In this document: piece after piece, positions 1 to 12,616 of the stretch
Position numbering within the stretch: the stretch's first letter is position 1
How the letters are laid out: each line of letters opens with the position of its first letter
Assembly: GCA_012295275.1 (NCBI GenBank)
Contig: CM022679.1
Coordinates: 9,114,001 to 9,178,000 of the forward strand
Origin: Chrysomallon squamiferum
Lineage: Eukaryota > Animalia > Mollusca
Direction: 5' to 3'
DNA length: 64,000 nt
Translations under genes and position numbers: made by a program
The notes under the pieces: model-generated
Databases searched by the model: none
What the model was told of the DNA's origin: nothing
What the model saw: the letters and a program-made list of their open reading frames with translations, nothing else

Positions 1-67
1 GAATTCATTTAGACTGAATTTTCAGTCAAATAACTGACTAATTTATTCCTAATTTTCCTTGTTTCAG

Positions 68-1762
68 CTATGATGAGATGGCCAAGTACGATCTCCCAGC
101 TATGGTGGAGCATATTTTGTCCGTCACTGGAAAACAACAAATATATTACGTGGGACATTCTCAGGGAACGCTGATGGGATTTGCAGGCTTCGGTGAAAAC
201 AAAATATTGGGATCTAAAATAAAACTGTTCATCGCCCTTGCTCCTGTTGCAACTGTCGGACACATCGAAAGCCCAGTGAAATATTTAGCCCCTTACGCGA
301 AATACCTCGATGTAAGTTGTTTGAAATGAAGCAAAAGTATTTTTGGGGAAAAAACAAAACAACAACAACAACAACAATATTCTGAGGCGTATCATCAGCT
401 TTTGAGAATTTATTTTGCTTTTAAACTTCAAAATATCGAGTCATATGTTGTTGTTTTTTTTTTTTTTTCTCAGAAATAACAGTATAAATAAACACTTATA
501 TATATGCATAACTGCAAAATATTACAGAAAGAGTTTAAAATTTATTTATCCGTTGTTTTATGCTATCTGAATAAAGTTAAATTGTAGCCTTGTTTGATAA
601 TAACATTAAAAAAAAAAAAAAAAAAAACGCCAAAGCAATCTGTCCCATTATGTATATAGACAGACAACTGATAAGAAGTTACATATGAAATGTCAAATAC
701 TGATAATATATTATATCTGAATATTTTAAGCATTATTATATATTTTTTTTTTTTTAAATTTAGTTACATTTAAATATATGTATATAAAATATTATCAGTA
801 CATTTATGTAAGTAGTATTATTTTAATGTTGTAGTGTTATTTTAATGTTGGTGTGTATTTATTTATTTATCCAGCTGTTTGCTGAACTCTTTGGTAAAAA
901 TGAATTTTTGCCTCATGGAAAACTGTCATCTTTCTTTAGTACTGAGTTTTGCGACAGAATAGGACTTGAAGTGATTTGTGAAAATGTGTTTTTCTTACTG
1001 GGCGGTTTTAATAAAAACGCTATGAATATTGTAAGTCCTTCTATTCTTCACTAAAAAAATATATTTGATACGTAAGCAGCCATAGTTAGACCCCTGCGCA
1101 CGCAAACACATTCAGACATAAACATATACAAAGATACACGTGCACAGGTTAAAACATTTAACTACATAAAAGTCATAAGTAATATGAAAGCAGCATATCT
1201 TTCTATACAGCATTTTAATAATTATTTGGACTACTCTATGGAAGGATTTCTGTTACACATATTTTGTTTTTAGAAATATTATCAAAAATTGTTTCTGTGA
1301 TCATTTCACAGCTTAAAAGTTAGAGAATATGATTCGAAATGACCTCTAGCGAACTACGAAGAAGAATCTTATGTAAAAATATACTTTGTTATAGTCTTCG
1401 ATTATTGATAATGCTGAATTAAATTCATTATTAGCGTCATGTTTTTTTGTTTTTTTTCATTTTTTTTTTTTCATCGTAATCTTCATTATTTTCAGAGTCG
1501 AATTCAGGTCTACGTGGCCCACAATCCTGCCGGAACTTCCGTTCAGAACATGGAACACTTTGCGCAGGTAATATAATAAATTAATTATCACTAATCTAAT
1601 CAGGTTATTAACAAAACTGCAATCATTTTTTTATTATTTATTTATTTATTTATTTTATTTTTTTTTTTTTTTTTTTTTTTCTGGCTGCAGGGAGTTAATC
1701 ATGATAAATTTCAAATGTTTGACTATGGAACGGAGGATGCCAACATGGCGCATTATGGTCAG

Positions 1763-1803
<41 letters not shown>

Positions 1804-2305
1804 TAAATTAATTTAATATCATTAACTTAGTATTAATCTGTTTGTTAATTTATTTGTTTATTTATTTATATTGTTTATTATTTTATATTATTTGATTGGC
1901 TGTTAAAAGATATCTTCTTGAAATAATTTATTTGTGTTATATTGTTTTCATATAATATTTATACGATTAATATTAATCCTTTTTATATAAAACGCAGTTC
2001 TGGGGCATTTTCCGGAAACGGAATTGGACCGCAATGTATTGTGGTATATTTTTCTTGTTTTTGTTAATTATTAGATAACTCCGCCTCTCTATCACGCTGA
2101 CGAGATGGAGACTCCAGTTGTTTTGTTTAGTGGAGGTCATGATTTTCTGGCTGATCCCACAGACGTCAACTGGTTAGCACCGCAGCTGAAAAACATGCGC
2201 AAACATCACGTGATACCAGATTATGAACATTTAGATTTTATTTTTGGTACGGATGCACCACAGAAATGCTATAATACAATAAAAAGTTTAATTATTAAAA
2301 AATAA
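68..2305 (+). CDS. Acid lipase (lysosomal acid lipase / gastric lipase family), copy 1; 5' part lies upstream of the window
   Basis: GT-AG exons 68-311, 875-1030, 1496-1567, 1691-1762, 2075-2305(TAA), phases consistent. Nucleophile motif [28 protein letters not shown], catalytic Asp (DFLAD) and His (HLDF). Confidence 0.95.
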
Positions 2306-2359
2306 ATATATTTGTGAGATTCGTGTTATTTAAAATGTTGTGACAATAGCAGAATAAAA

Positions 2360-2600
2360 GATATGTGTACGAATAAATGTATGGGCATGATTTCTGAGAT
2401 ACGTGTTTGAACATACGTATGCGCACGAATTGTAAGATATATACCTATATGAGTATACGTATGTGCATGAATACTAAGATACATGTATAAAAGTGAATGA
2501 ATGTACGTTTATACATGAATATCGAGAGATATATGCAAGAATACGAAAACTATGATATATACATATATGAACATACTTATGTGCATGAATACAAAACAAC
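2360..2600. repeat. Degenerate tandem repeat downstream of lipase copy 1
   Basis: Recurring gtatgtgcatgaata / agatatat-like units. Confidence 0.5.
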
Positions 2601-2637
2601 CTACACAAAAAATTCCATACATTCAGGTCTATTGCAT

Positions 2638-2638
2638 A

Positions 2639-2690
<52 letters not shown>
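2638..2690. repeat. (AAT)n microsatellite
   Basis: Direct reading; source of the poly-Asn in ORF 2552..2821. Confidence 0.95.
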
Positions 2691-4018
2691 GTAACACATT
2701 AAAAATTCAAACACTAGTTTACACAAGGTCGTTGATATTAATTGGAGAAAAAACATTTTCTCACGTGACAAAAACAAGAATCATTAATTTTTTATTAGGT
2801 ACTTATTTGTTGCGAGAATAAAATTAAACGTTCGTCTGACAGATGCTTCCGGTAACAGGATTGGTCTAAATCACATACTCAGTTTCTGGAAACACTTAAA
2901 ATCCACAGAAACCAAACTTGTTAAGCTATTTCTATGAAAGAAGTAAAAGAAGAAGAAATCTGAATATATGAATCGAGATAATTCCTTTCAAAATTTTGAT
3001 TTTGTTTACCATAACATGAATGTAATTAACGTGCCTGTGATCGATGATCTTATATTAAAACAGAGAACATTACCTTTATCGTATTTTTTATTACGCATCT
3101 AATGCTTTAAAGCTGTTGCCTGTGGATATAGATTTACAAGGTTAAAATGTTCAGTAAAAAAAAGAAAGGAAAAAAAGGGGAAAACAATATAACAACAAAT
3201 AATTAATATTAAATATAAATTTTCGGTGAAAGAAAATACAAATTGTGTTATTTACGAGATAAATCTAGTTTTAATTTTATTTATTACTTTATTTTTAATA
3301 GTAAATAAATAAATAAATAAATAATTAAAAAAATAAAAAAAAATAAAAAAAATAAAAAAAAAAATCAAAATAAATAAAATAATATATATATATATTTATA
3401 AAATATATATTTAATTTAAAAAAAAAAAAAAAAAATAAAATAAATAAAAAAAATGTAAATTAATTAAAAAAAAAATAAAATAAAATAAAATAAAATAAAA
3501 GAGAAAAGAAAAGATGAATGATAAATAAGTAGATAAAATTATTCCAAGAGTCAAAAGCAGATAAAATATCTAAGCACATTAAAATGTATATATCTATCGA
3601 CCTCAGACTACTTTCAAAAGCAAGATCAAAGAAATAACGTGTTTTATCTTTACGTGGCCCATTCATCTGTATATTCATTCTTCAAAGATGGTGGTGTGAC
3701 AACAAAACGATATTTTTTTTTTATAATGTCATCTTTCTTATTAAGACTTTTGGTTGGTTACTCTTGTTATATCTGAAGTCAGATCATATACATCTATATA
3801 TAGTAACAACAGTCAAACATACCTCTAAGGTAAAAAAAAAAAAAACCGAAAAAACCTAGCATTGTCTAATCAGACAAGTCCTTATCTAAGAAATATTATG
3901 GTCGTTATTTCGGCTAAATCAAACAAAAGTACTGTATGTTAAAATAATAAAAGAGATAACTTAATCGACAACGTCTGTAAAACGACATTGACTGGCCGCG
4001 TTTCAAAAATTAACAAAC

Positions 4019-4499
4019 ATGTCGATTGTCGCTTTTTGTTTGTTGTTATTTAATGGAGTGCTGCTGGCAGACAACACAGGAAAAACAAATGTTGATCCAG
4101 AAGTCTACATGAATTCAGTATGTATTTTATTACTTACTCACAAATCTCATTCAGATAAAATAGTTTTATATTTGCTTTTTTTTTTTTTTTTTTTTTTTTT
4201 TTTCTCTCGGTGTTTTGGTAATTATTTTCAGATTAAAACAAAACAAAAAATTAAATAGTAAGGTTATATTATTTTTAAATAATAACAGTAAAATGAAAAA
4301 ACATTAATAGTAATAATAATCATACAATAAATAAAATAAAATAGTAATAATTTTATTATACTGTTAATAATTTACTATAGAATGAAAATAATGCCTTTGT
4401 TATCAAAGATTGATACATCGTAAAACAACTGATTTTGTGATGAATAATGATATTATTTTTTAATACTAAAAGTTAAATGAAAATTTTAGAGGTTCGATA

Positions 4500-4533
<34 letters not shown>

Positions 4534-7500
4534 TAATTTTTAAAATGGTTTTAAAAAGATGAAAACAAAGTAACATTTATTTATTTATTGTTGTTGTTAT
4601 TATTATTATTATTACTACTTTTTTTTTTTTTTTTTTCAGACTGAACTAATAACTAGTAAGGGTTACCCGTGTGAAAATCACTACGTTGAAACTGAAGATG
4701 GATTTATTCTCAACATGCAGAGAATACCACGTGGCAGAACAGAATCGAATGATAAAGGTTTGTAACAACAACATCTCTTTCCAACTTTAGCGTCTCGTTA
4801 TTATTTTTTTCATCTAATTTCTCAACTTTAGATTTTCTTTGATATGTTCCAAGAAACTGCATATACGTTAATATAATTAATTAAAAACGGAGATTTATTT
4901 GAAAAATGTAGTAACATTAAAACGCGAGAGCATAGATCATACTTATTAGCAGCAAATAACTTTTAATCTGAACCTTCCCGTGGAACCATCGGTTGTGTTA
5001 TCGCTGTTTCTTTTTGATTAATGATTCACGTCTCTCTTCAAAAGAAAGAACATCTACTTCATCAGTATTGTTAAAATTACTGATTTCAATCAGCTTAGCT
5101 CCTATTTAAATCACTAGCGTATAGGATGGCGCATATGCATCGACAATTCTGATCGGCTAAATGGACGCAGTTAATATGGGGGAAAGTCTGGCATGGCTCT
5201 TATCGCAGTTTGGAATGTGAACATTAGTAATTGTGGTATATATCGTGATTTGTTAAAAAGTAAAAGCGAGAATGTAGTTGAGTGTGTAAACAATATTTTC
5301 AAGGCAATAATTCTAGTTTTATAATTGATCAAGTCAGATAATATTTGTGTCATTATCTAACAACAGCCCAATTGTAGTAAGCAATATAATCACCTTTAGG
5401 CTTACTTTGTACAATGTAACATGGTGGTTCTAATAATAAGAATATTTTATGTTCTGTCTAACACTGACAGAATGTCTGATAAAAATTTTAGAAAAAAGAA
5501 AAACCAAAGGTAGATTATTCTTAAAATACAGAGAACATCACATAATAGTTTATACTTGATGATTTGTCCGCAGAAAGGCAATTCCTGACAAAATTTAACA
5601 ACCGTCAACTTTAACGTACTTTGGAAGGTGTGGGTTTGCCTCTTCCCCATTTAACGGGGTGTAGCAATAGTAGTAGTAGCAGTAGAAACAAAATGTTAGA
5701 TACAGTAGTAGTAATGGTGGTCGTGTTAGCAGTACTAGAGGGTGTGTAGAAATAGGAGAAGTAGAAGTAGTACTATAATAAAATTAATATATTTTAATAT
5801 AGACTTCTTTTTTTTTTCTATTTTTTATTCATCTGAACAGATAAACCTGTCGTAATGTTACAACATGGACTGTTGGCCAGTTCCAGTAATTTTCTAGAAA
5901 ACTTAATCAATGAAAGTATTGCTTTCATTCTCGCCGATGCCGGTGCGGATGTCTGGCTTGGAAACGTGCGTGGCAACCGTTATTCACGTGCACACAAACA
6001 TCTGAAACCTTCTGATGAAAAGTTTTGGGCATGGAGGTAACATATTTCAAGTTATCACATAGGTGCACATAAATTAAAAAATAAAATAATAATAACATCA
6101 GCAATAACAGCAACAACAACAACAACAACAACAATAATAACAACAATCAGAATTGCAATACCATTTTGTTAACATCTTAAAGTTAAATGGCGACATATCA
6201 GTCGAGTTTCAAGCTTATTTTATAGCTATAATAAAATAAAATAAAAATAAACAACTATAATAACAGCAACAATAATAATAAAATGAAACGTGTGTGTGTG
6301 TGTGAAGAAACAAATAAACATAACATTAACAACAATATTAATAATAGTATTAGAGCTGTTGAACAAACATGAAAATATTAATTGTTCTTCTTACTATTAT
6401 TAAAATTAATATTCAGTTTCATCTTCTTCTTTTTTTTTTTTTTTTACAGCTATGATGAAATGGCTCTGTATGATCTGCCTGCAATGGTCGACTACATCTT
6501 GTCTGTTACAGGGAAAGAACAAATATATTACATAGGACATTCTCAGGGAACTCTTATTGGATTTGCTGGTTTCAGTCACAATAAAACCCTGGGATCTAAA
6601 ATAAAACTATTTATTGCACTGGCGCCTGTTGCTAGACTTGGACATCTCCAAGGTCCATTAAAATATATAGCTCCGTTTGCTAAGTACATAGACGTAAGTT
6701 CAAATCTAATAAAGCAATTTTATTATTAGAATAATTATTAGATATATGAAATATCTATCAGTATTGGATTTCAATGGCTGAATAAAGTAAATTTATTGTA
6801 GAAAAAATTAGTTGTATGAAATACATTTATCTATACGGAATTTCAATAGCCTAATAAAGTAAATTTATTATAAAAAAAATTAGATATGAAATATCTTTAT
6901 CTGTAATGAATTTCAATAGCCTAATAAAGTAAATATATTGTTACTTGATACATTAGCCTAATAAAGTAAATATATTGTTACTTGATACATTAAATAACGT
7001 TATCAATTCGGTATTTCAATAAGAACAGTGTATGTTACTTTATTTATATTTAACATTCTACCAACCATCTTTATTAAAAAAATAACTACTACAAAGTTTA
7101 ATATTTAATAATGAAGAATACTTAATGATTATCTTTTTTACAGTTCTTTGCTGAATTATTCGGAAAGTTTGACTTTTTGCCACACACAGAATTTTCCACA
7201 TTTTTAGCGTCTGAATTTTGTGACAGGATTGGAATCGAGCTTGTATGCGAAAAAATATTTTTTTATACTAGGAGGCTTCAACAAAAAAGAAATGAATGAG
7301 GTACGTTTACACAAATAAATAAATAAATAAATTTTAGATTTACATAATTTTTTTTTTTTATCCAACAGTGACAAAGTGACACCAAAACTTTCATGGAAAA
7401 GGTAATTTTTGAAGCATTACACTACTTTCATATTTGGTCAAGAATTTTTGCGTTAAATATTAAAATTTCGCGGTAAAGAAAATATTTATTGATAAGAAAT

Positions 7501-8605
7501 ATATAAATAATTCGTAAACACGTTGTGTGCAGTATTCCGTAGATTAATATAACAATTATAACTGCATAACGAACTCAAATGTGTCGGTATAATAATTTGG
7601 TTATTCTTTGTCGCGCGTAGTTCAGTGGTAGATCGTCCTAACAAGATGCGATGGGATACTGAATCGATCCTTCATCCTGGGATACTTTCCAGCCAGTGAT
7701 CGACTGTCCTGTTTCATTTGTTGCTGACTGGAAATACAGCTCATGGGCTATGTCATACTGATGGTCGTTAACCATAATCATTGACAACGCTATTAATAAA
7801 ACCGTTAATAAAATTGTTTGAGAGCGGCCCACATGAAATGAAACGTTTCTTTTCTTCTTTCTTTTAAGTTGATGAAAGATATTAATTCTTTAACTTAATT
7901 TTGTCTGCAGAGCAGAGTCCAGGTGTATGTAGCTCACAGTCCATCTGGGACATCTGTTCAGAACATGGAACACTTTGCACAGGTAAGAAAAGTGTAACAC
8001 AAATTTCATAAACAGTTAAGTATAATTACATTCACAGACTATCTATACTTCTTTCTGGGTTGGTTGTGGTGATGGCAGTGCAGTGAAGTTTAAATAATAA
8101 AATAGTGAAAATAGAGTATAGAAGTCATTAGTTATCTTCTTGTAATAAATATTAACGTAATATTTGGCATTCAAAACGTATATTTAAAAAACATCAATGT
8201 TCGAATAAGTATAACTTTTTTCTTTTAAATTTATTTATTCTTTTTATTGAATTTTGAATTTTTAAATATAATACAAAATGGAACATACAGTTATATTGAC
8301 TATGCAATAGATACTTTTTGGGTTTCTTCTTTTTTTGCTTTATAAATTTTACTTGTTTGAGCAAAAATCTTCCAGGTTTTGAGAGATACAGATTAGGGAG
8401 CAATCGGATATATTAAACAGATGTATTTATGTAAAGTGTTTTTTTTATTTATTTGTAAATGAAATAATTTCTTTTTAGGGTATATTATATAATCGTTTTC
8501 AAATGTATGACTACGGGACGCAAGATGAAAACATGGCGCACTATGGACAGGTAATTATCAGTTATTAGTATTTAAAATGACGGACAGATTATTTAGTTTA
8601 AATTA

Positions 8606-8649
<44 letters not shown>

Positions 8650-9509
8650 TGTCAGGAAAATCAATCAGATATCTTTATCTATCATCCGAATTCTTGAGAC
8701 CGGACCGGAAGTTTTGGTGTTTGGATGCGATTCTTTAACCTTGTATTAGAAATAAATATAAACCTGTTGTTTGGGAGGAAAAAAATAAAAATAATAATAA
8801 TAAAAATATAGCCTAAATACATTTAAATACTTCAGTTGTTTTATTTCAGCACTATTAACAAGGAAGTATAATAGTAAAATAACAAGCCTCGGGAAATGAA
8901 TAAAAACTCTCATTTCCGCTTTTCGTAATGGCACTTTGAAACATTGTCAATATATATATATAACAACAGTAATGATAATAATAAAAACTAACAGGAAAAA
9001 ATGAAAAGAAGAAAAAAGTAACAATTAGTTTCCTGCACACAATAAAATAATAGTCGTTTTTTTTCAAATATGTATTTTAAAATCTCGTAGACATTACAAC
9101 AGAATTCCATTTACCTGATTTAAAAACTTGCACATTTACCTTTATCGTTAACGAATAAAGATAACGTATCAGTTTATTACTTATTTATTTATTACATTTA
9201 TTTAAACAAATATTGCGGCATTATTATTATTATTATTATTATTATTTCAAATACGTTTCAATCATATTTTTTTGTGGGCAGATAACTCCGCCTCTCTATC
9301 ACGCTGACGAGATGGTGACTCCAGTGGTTTTGTTCAGTGGAGGTCGCGATTTTCTGGCCGACCCGACAGATGTCAGCTGGTTAGTACCCCAGCTGAAAAA
9401 CCTGATAGCACATCACGTGATACCTGACTGGGAACACATGGACTTCATCTATTCTATGAAAGCACCACAGAAGTGCTACAATACTATAAAAAATCTTATT
9501 TTCCAGTAA
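4019..9509 (+). CDS. Acid lipase (LIPA/LIPF family), copy 2; full length with signal peptide, one apparent +1 frameshift in exon 5
   Basis: Exons 4019-4117, 4640-4757, 5841-6036, 6450-6693, 7144-7300, 7911-7982, 8479-8550, 9282-9509. Hydrophobic N-terminus [67 protein letters not shown]. Internal exon sizes match copy 1 (244, 72, 72) except exon 5 (157 vs 156 nt). Confidence 0.93.
4935..4990 (-). mobile_element. SINE central-domain fragment in lipase 2 intron 2
   Basis: Reverse complement gggaaggttcagattaaaagttatttgctgctaataag resembles 54945-54985 (gaaggtgcttataaattatccatttgctattaattg) and the core of a gastropod tRNA-SINE as I recall it. Confidence 0.4.
6740..6992. repeat. Intronic tandem duplications (~70 bp x3, then ~31 bp x2)
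   Basis: Repeated tttcaatagcctaataaagtaaat and atattgttacttgatacatta units. Confidence 0.8.
7612..7862 (+). mobile_element. Degenerate tRNA-derived SINE in lipase 2 intron 5
   Basis: Pol III A-box TAGTTCAGTGG (7618-7628), B-box-like GAATCGATCC (7661-7670), ttccagccagtg block (7687-7698) shared with 43571 and 54904, tail tggtcgttaaccata...aaacgtttcttttcttc. Confidence 0.7.
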
Positions 9510-10130
9510 ACATTATACTTGTAAAATATATAAATAAACAAAATCCTCCACCATTTTGTTTATTGTAATTCTCAGTTTAATTAACATTCACATCTGCATG
9601 TACTGACAGTTATTAAATTTGATATTTCAAACGTTAATACTGTTTGATTAATATTACAAGTTAGTATGAATATGTACTTTGTTTTTTGCCTTGTTGTTTT
9701 CTTTAGATTAGTGTTCACAGAAGAACAAGGTCTCATGAAAAGAAACTTTTTTCACAGTAATTTCAATAAATCATTTTACTTCGCTGTACCTGTTAGATCT
9801 CATAGCAACAGTTTAAATAAGAATGTAAAAATACTTTAAAATATTATTTGGAAACATTTTTAAAAACAACCTTAAAATGACAACAGTGGAAAAATATTGC
9901 AATTAGATGGTGTAACATATTAATACAAAAATGATTGGAAACATTAAATATTACTAAGTTTGCTTTGCTTTGTTTTAATCCTATCACTTATCACTTGGCT
10001 ACTAAATGATTATCATAATATCAGCTTGGTCATCTTTGAACATTTGTTTGAACCATTCAACTGAAGTTACTATTTAGCCCGAGAAACATGAAAATGTAAC
10101 GTGATCTGATTAAGTGCAGTCAATTGTCTT

Positions 10131-12256
10131 TCATACAAATCCCAATATCTGATCTAAAAATTCAGCAAACTTTTCTGGCTTTCCTGGTTCATATGGTTTT
10201 AAGATGGAGAAATCTGCATTTTTAAGTGTTTCTTCCAAGGTCCTAAAAATATAAATTAATATTTAAAATAAAATAGTAATAAGAATAAAAAGTTATATAC
10301 CTTCAAGCATTGTTTCTCTGTATAAAATCATACCAATAAATGTTTTAATAAATAAATTTACTAGTTTGATTAGTTTTTTTTATTTTAACGTTTACTTGAG
10401 ATGAATTAAAAATTATTAAAAAATTACATAAAAATTAAGATTAGTTTATAAAAACGTATTAGTAAATCATACCAATAAATGTCTTAATACAATCTCCAAC
10501 TTTACTTGGTTGATTAATTTTTATTTTAATGCTTATTTGAAAACCAATTCAAAATCTTTATATGACATGAAAATTAAAACAAGATTAAAAAGTTGTATGA
10601 TCTTACTTGCAAGTACAGAAGAACAGGTGGCCATCTTTAGCTAACTGACTAGCCAGCTCTGTTTGATGGTTTCCCATTAATTCCTCATTAATAACAACAA
10701 CCATAGGTTTCTCAGCACCCAAAGTATCGAGTATAGTGCCGGCACCTACAAAACAGCAGTCATCTTAGCTAATATGATATTGTAATTACTCTTTATTTTT
10801 ATTTTTAATGCATTATTCTTAAGGGAATAGAATGTGCTAACCCTGCACTTTAAACATTCTTTATCAGTTATTACTGTTACATTTCTAAAATGCAACATAT
10901 TTATGTTCTTACATAACTGATTAAATTTACTGTCAGCCATTAATAGCAAAATACTGTAATGTTGCCCATTTTCAGAAAATTAATGACAAAAACGAATTAA
11001 AATGGCTAAACTAAAGTTAATATTTCTTTTTCATAATGTATCAATATTTTTATCTCATTTCTTGGCAATATAATCTTTTATTTTATAATTATATATATTT
11101 ATGCTATATATATAATTTAAAAATAATTCATAAATTTATTTTTAAAAACAACAACAATACTTTAGATAATCCTAATATCTTAATTTTGCTCAAGTATATT
11201 TTTAATTAGTACTTACCTGCATGAGAGATTATAATATCAGCTGCCTGTATATCTTCTTGAATGGAATTCTTAAATCTAAAGTATTCCATATCAATATCTT
11301 CAGTGTCCTTTGATAGTGGCTCATAGTCTCCATTTCCTATCTGAACAACCAATCGGCTGTATCCTAAAGATTTCAAAACCTATGAACATGAAATACATTT
11401 TATATATATCACATACAATCAAACCGGTCATTATTATCACTTGTAATGTGGGCATTATGGTAAAAACAAAATCACGAAAATGTCACCATCTCTGAACTAA
11501 TAATATGATGGCATTTAGTTCATATTTTTTTCTTGAAGTGCCACAAATATTCCAGTGGTTTTTATTTTACAATGGCACCTATAACAGAACTTAAAGACAA
11601 GAAGTTTATACTATCTAACATGCTAAAAATATATGATACAGTGTGAATTTGTTAAATAAACTAAATAAACACTATGCTGCTTACTGACTAACTAGCTTTT
11701 TTTTTTTTTAAATGGCATTGATTTTAGGATCATCACCTTTCAAAAAAGGTTCTTAATAAATCACTCATCCTGACACCCATACCACACATAAACATTGGTG
11801 ACCTATTTTCCTTTTTTAAAAATCATTTTACATTTATAATGTTTATTATCTGGTTTTAAATAATAAAATTCATTACAATAATGATTATTACAATAACAAA
11901 AATTATTTTCAACTTTAAGAATATATATTTTTATTTTGTCCGCTTTCTGACCGATTCACTTAAATCTGTAATGTTTTGAACTAATTATAAAGCTGTGTTG
12001 TTATCTAAGCAGTCAACTCATTTTATGTTTTCATGTTCAGAGATCAGCTTCAATCATAAAACGTTAAGTTCGATCAAATTTGTTTTTATCTATTTACATT
12101 TCTTTTTCTTAAAATCCAGAATGTACTTAGCAGAATAAGTTGGATTTCAGATAACAATATATTATACCTTGCAGCAAGTTTTGAGGTGACTGCTTGAATT
12201 AAAGAATCAAACTTTGTGGTCCCGACTGTAACAAATACTGTACGTTTGGCAGACAT
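10131..12256 (-). CDS. ALG13: UDP-N-acetylglucosamine transferase subunit ALG13, short GT28-only form; apparent 1-nt deletion in exon 1
   Basis: Exons 12256-12168, 11379-11217, 10745-10607, 10242-10131(TGA). [64 protein letters not shown]. Missed by the ORF track because the exons are short. Confidence 0.95.
10322..10590. repeat. ~140-bp tandem duplication in ALG13 intron 3
   Basis: aaatcataccaataaatg...ttgatta.ttttttattttaa present twice. Confidence 0.7.
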
Positions 12257-12616
12257 AACAAATCAGAGTTATCTTTTCCTGATTTTGAGTCATGCAGGCA
12301 GATCTGAATATGACACTTTTGACTGAAACATTGAAATATTTATTATTTTGTGATACGCTTTTAATCCATTATCGTTAAAGACACCTTACAATAAAATGAT
12401 AGATAATAAGTTTTGCTTTATTATACTGCTGTGATGTTGTAAGTTTAAAATTTAAATAATTAAATAAAGAAATAATAAATAAAGAAATAAATATTTGTGT
12501 GTGTAAAATGACTACAGTTAATTTAAACATAACAAAAAATACAGACAACATGAAACGTTTATATATAAGCATTTGAAAAGTAATTTAGAAAACTTATTGT
12601 TTTTTCCAGTTACAAG
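12257..12616. promoter_or_regulatory. Probable bidirectional promoter region between ALG13 and RSAD1
   Basis: Divergent start codons only 360 bp apart (12256 -, 12617 +). An acceptor-like ttttttccag at 12600-12609 suggests RSAD1 has an upstream non-coding exon. Confidence 0.6.

Noticed and set aside
1-6. EcoRI site GAATTC at the window start
   Set aside because: Common hexamer in AT-rich DNA; no vector sequence seen.
7612-7680. tRNA gene
   Set aside because: Only A/B-box remnants, no cloverleaf, and it continues into SINE body and tail.
8670-8746. Possible MITE relic resembling 44563-44825
   Set aside because: Too short and degenerate to support.
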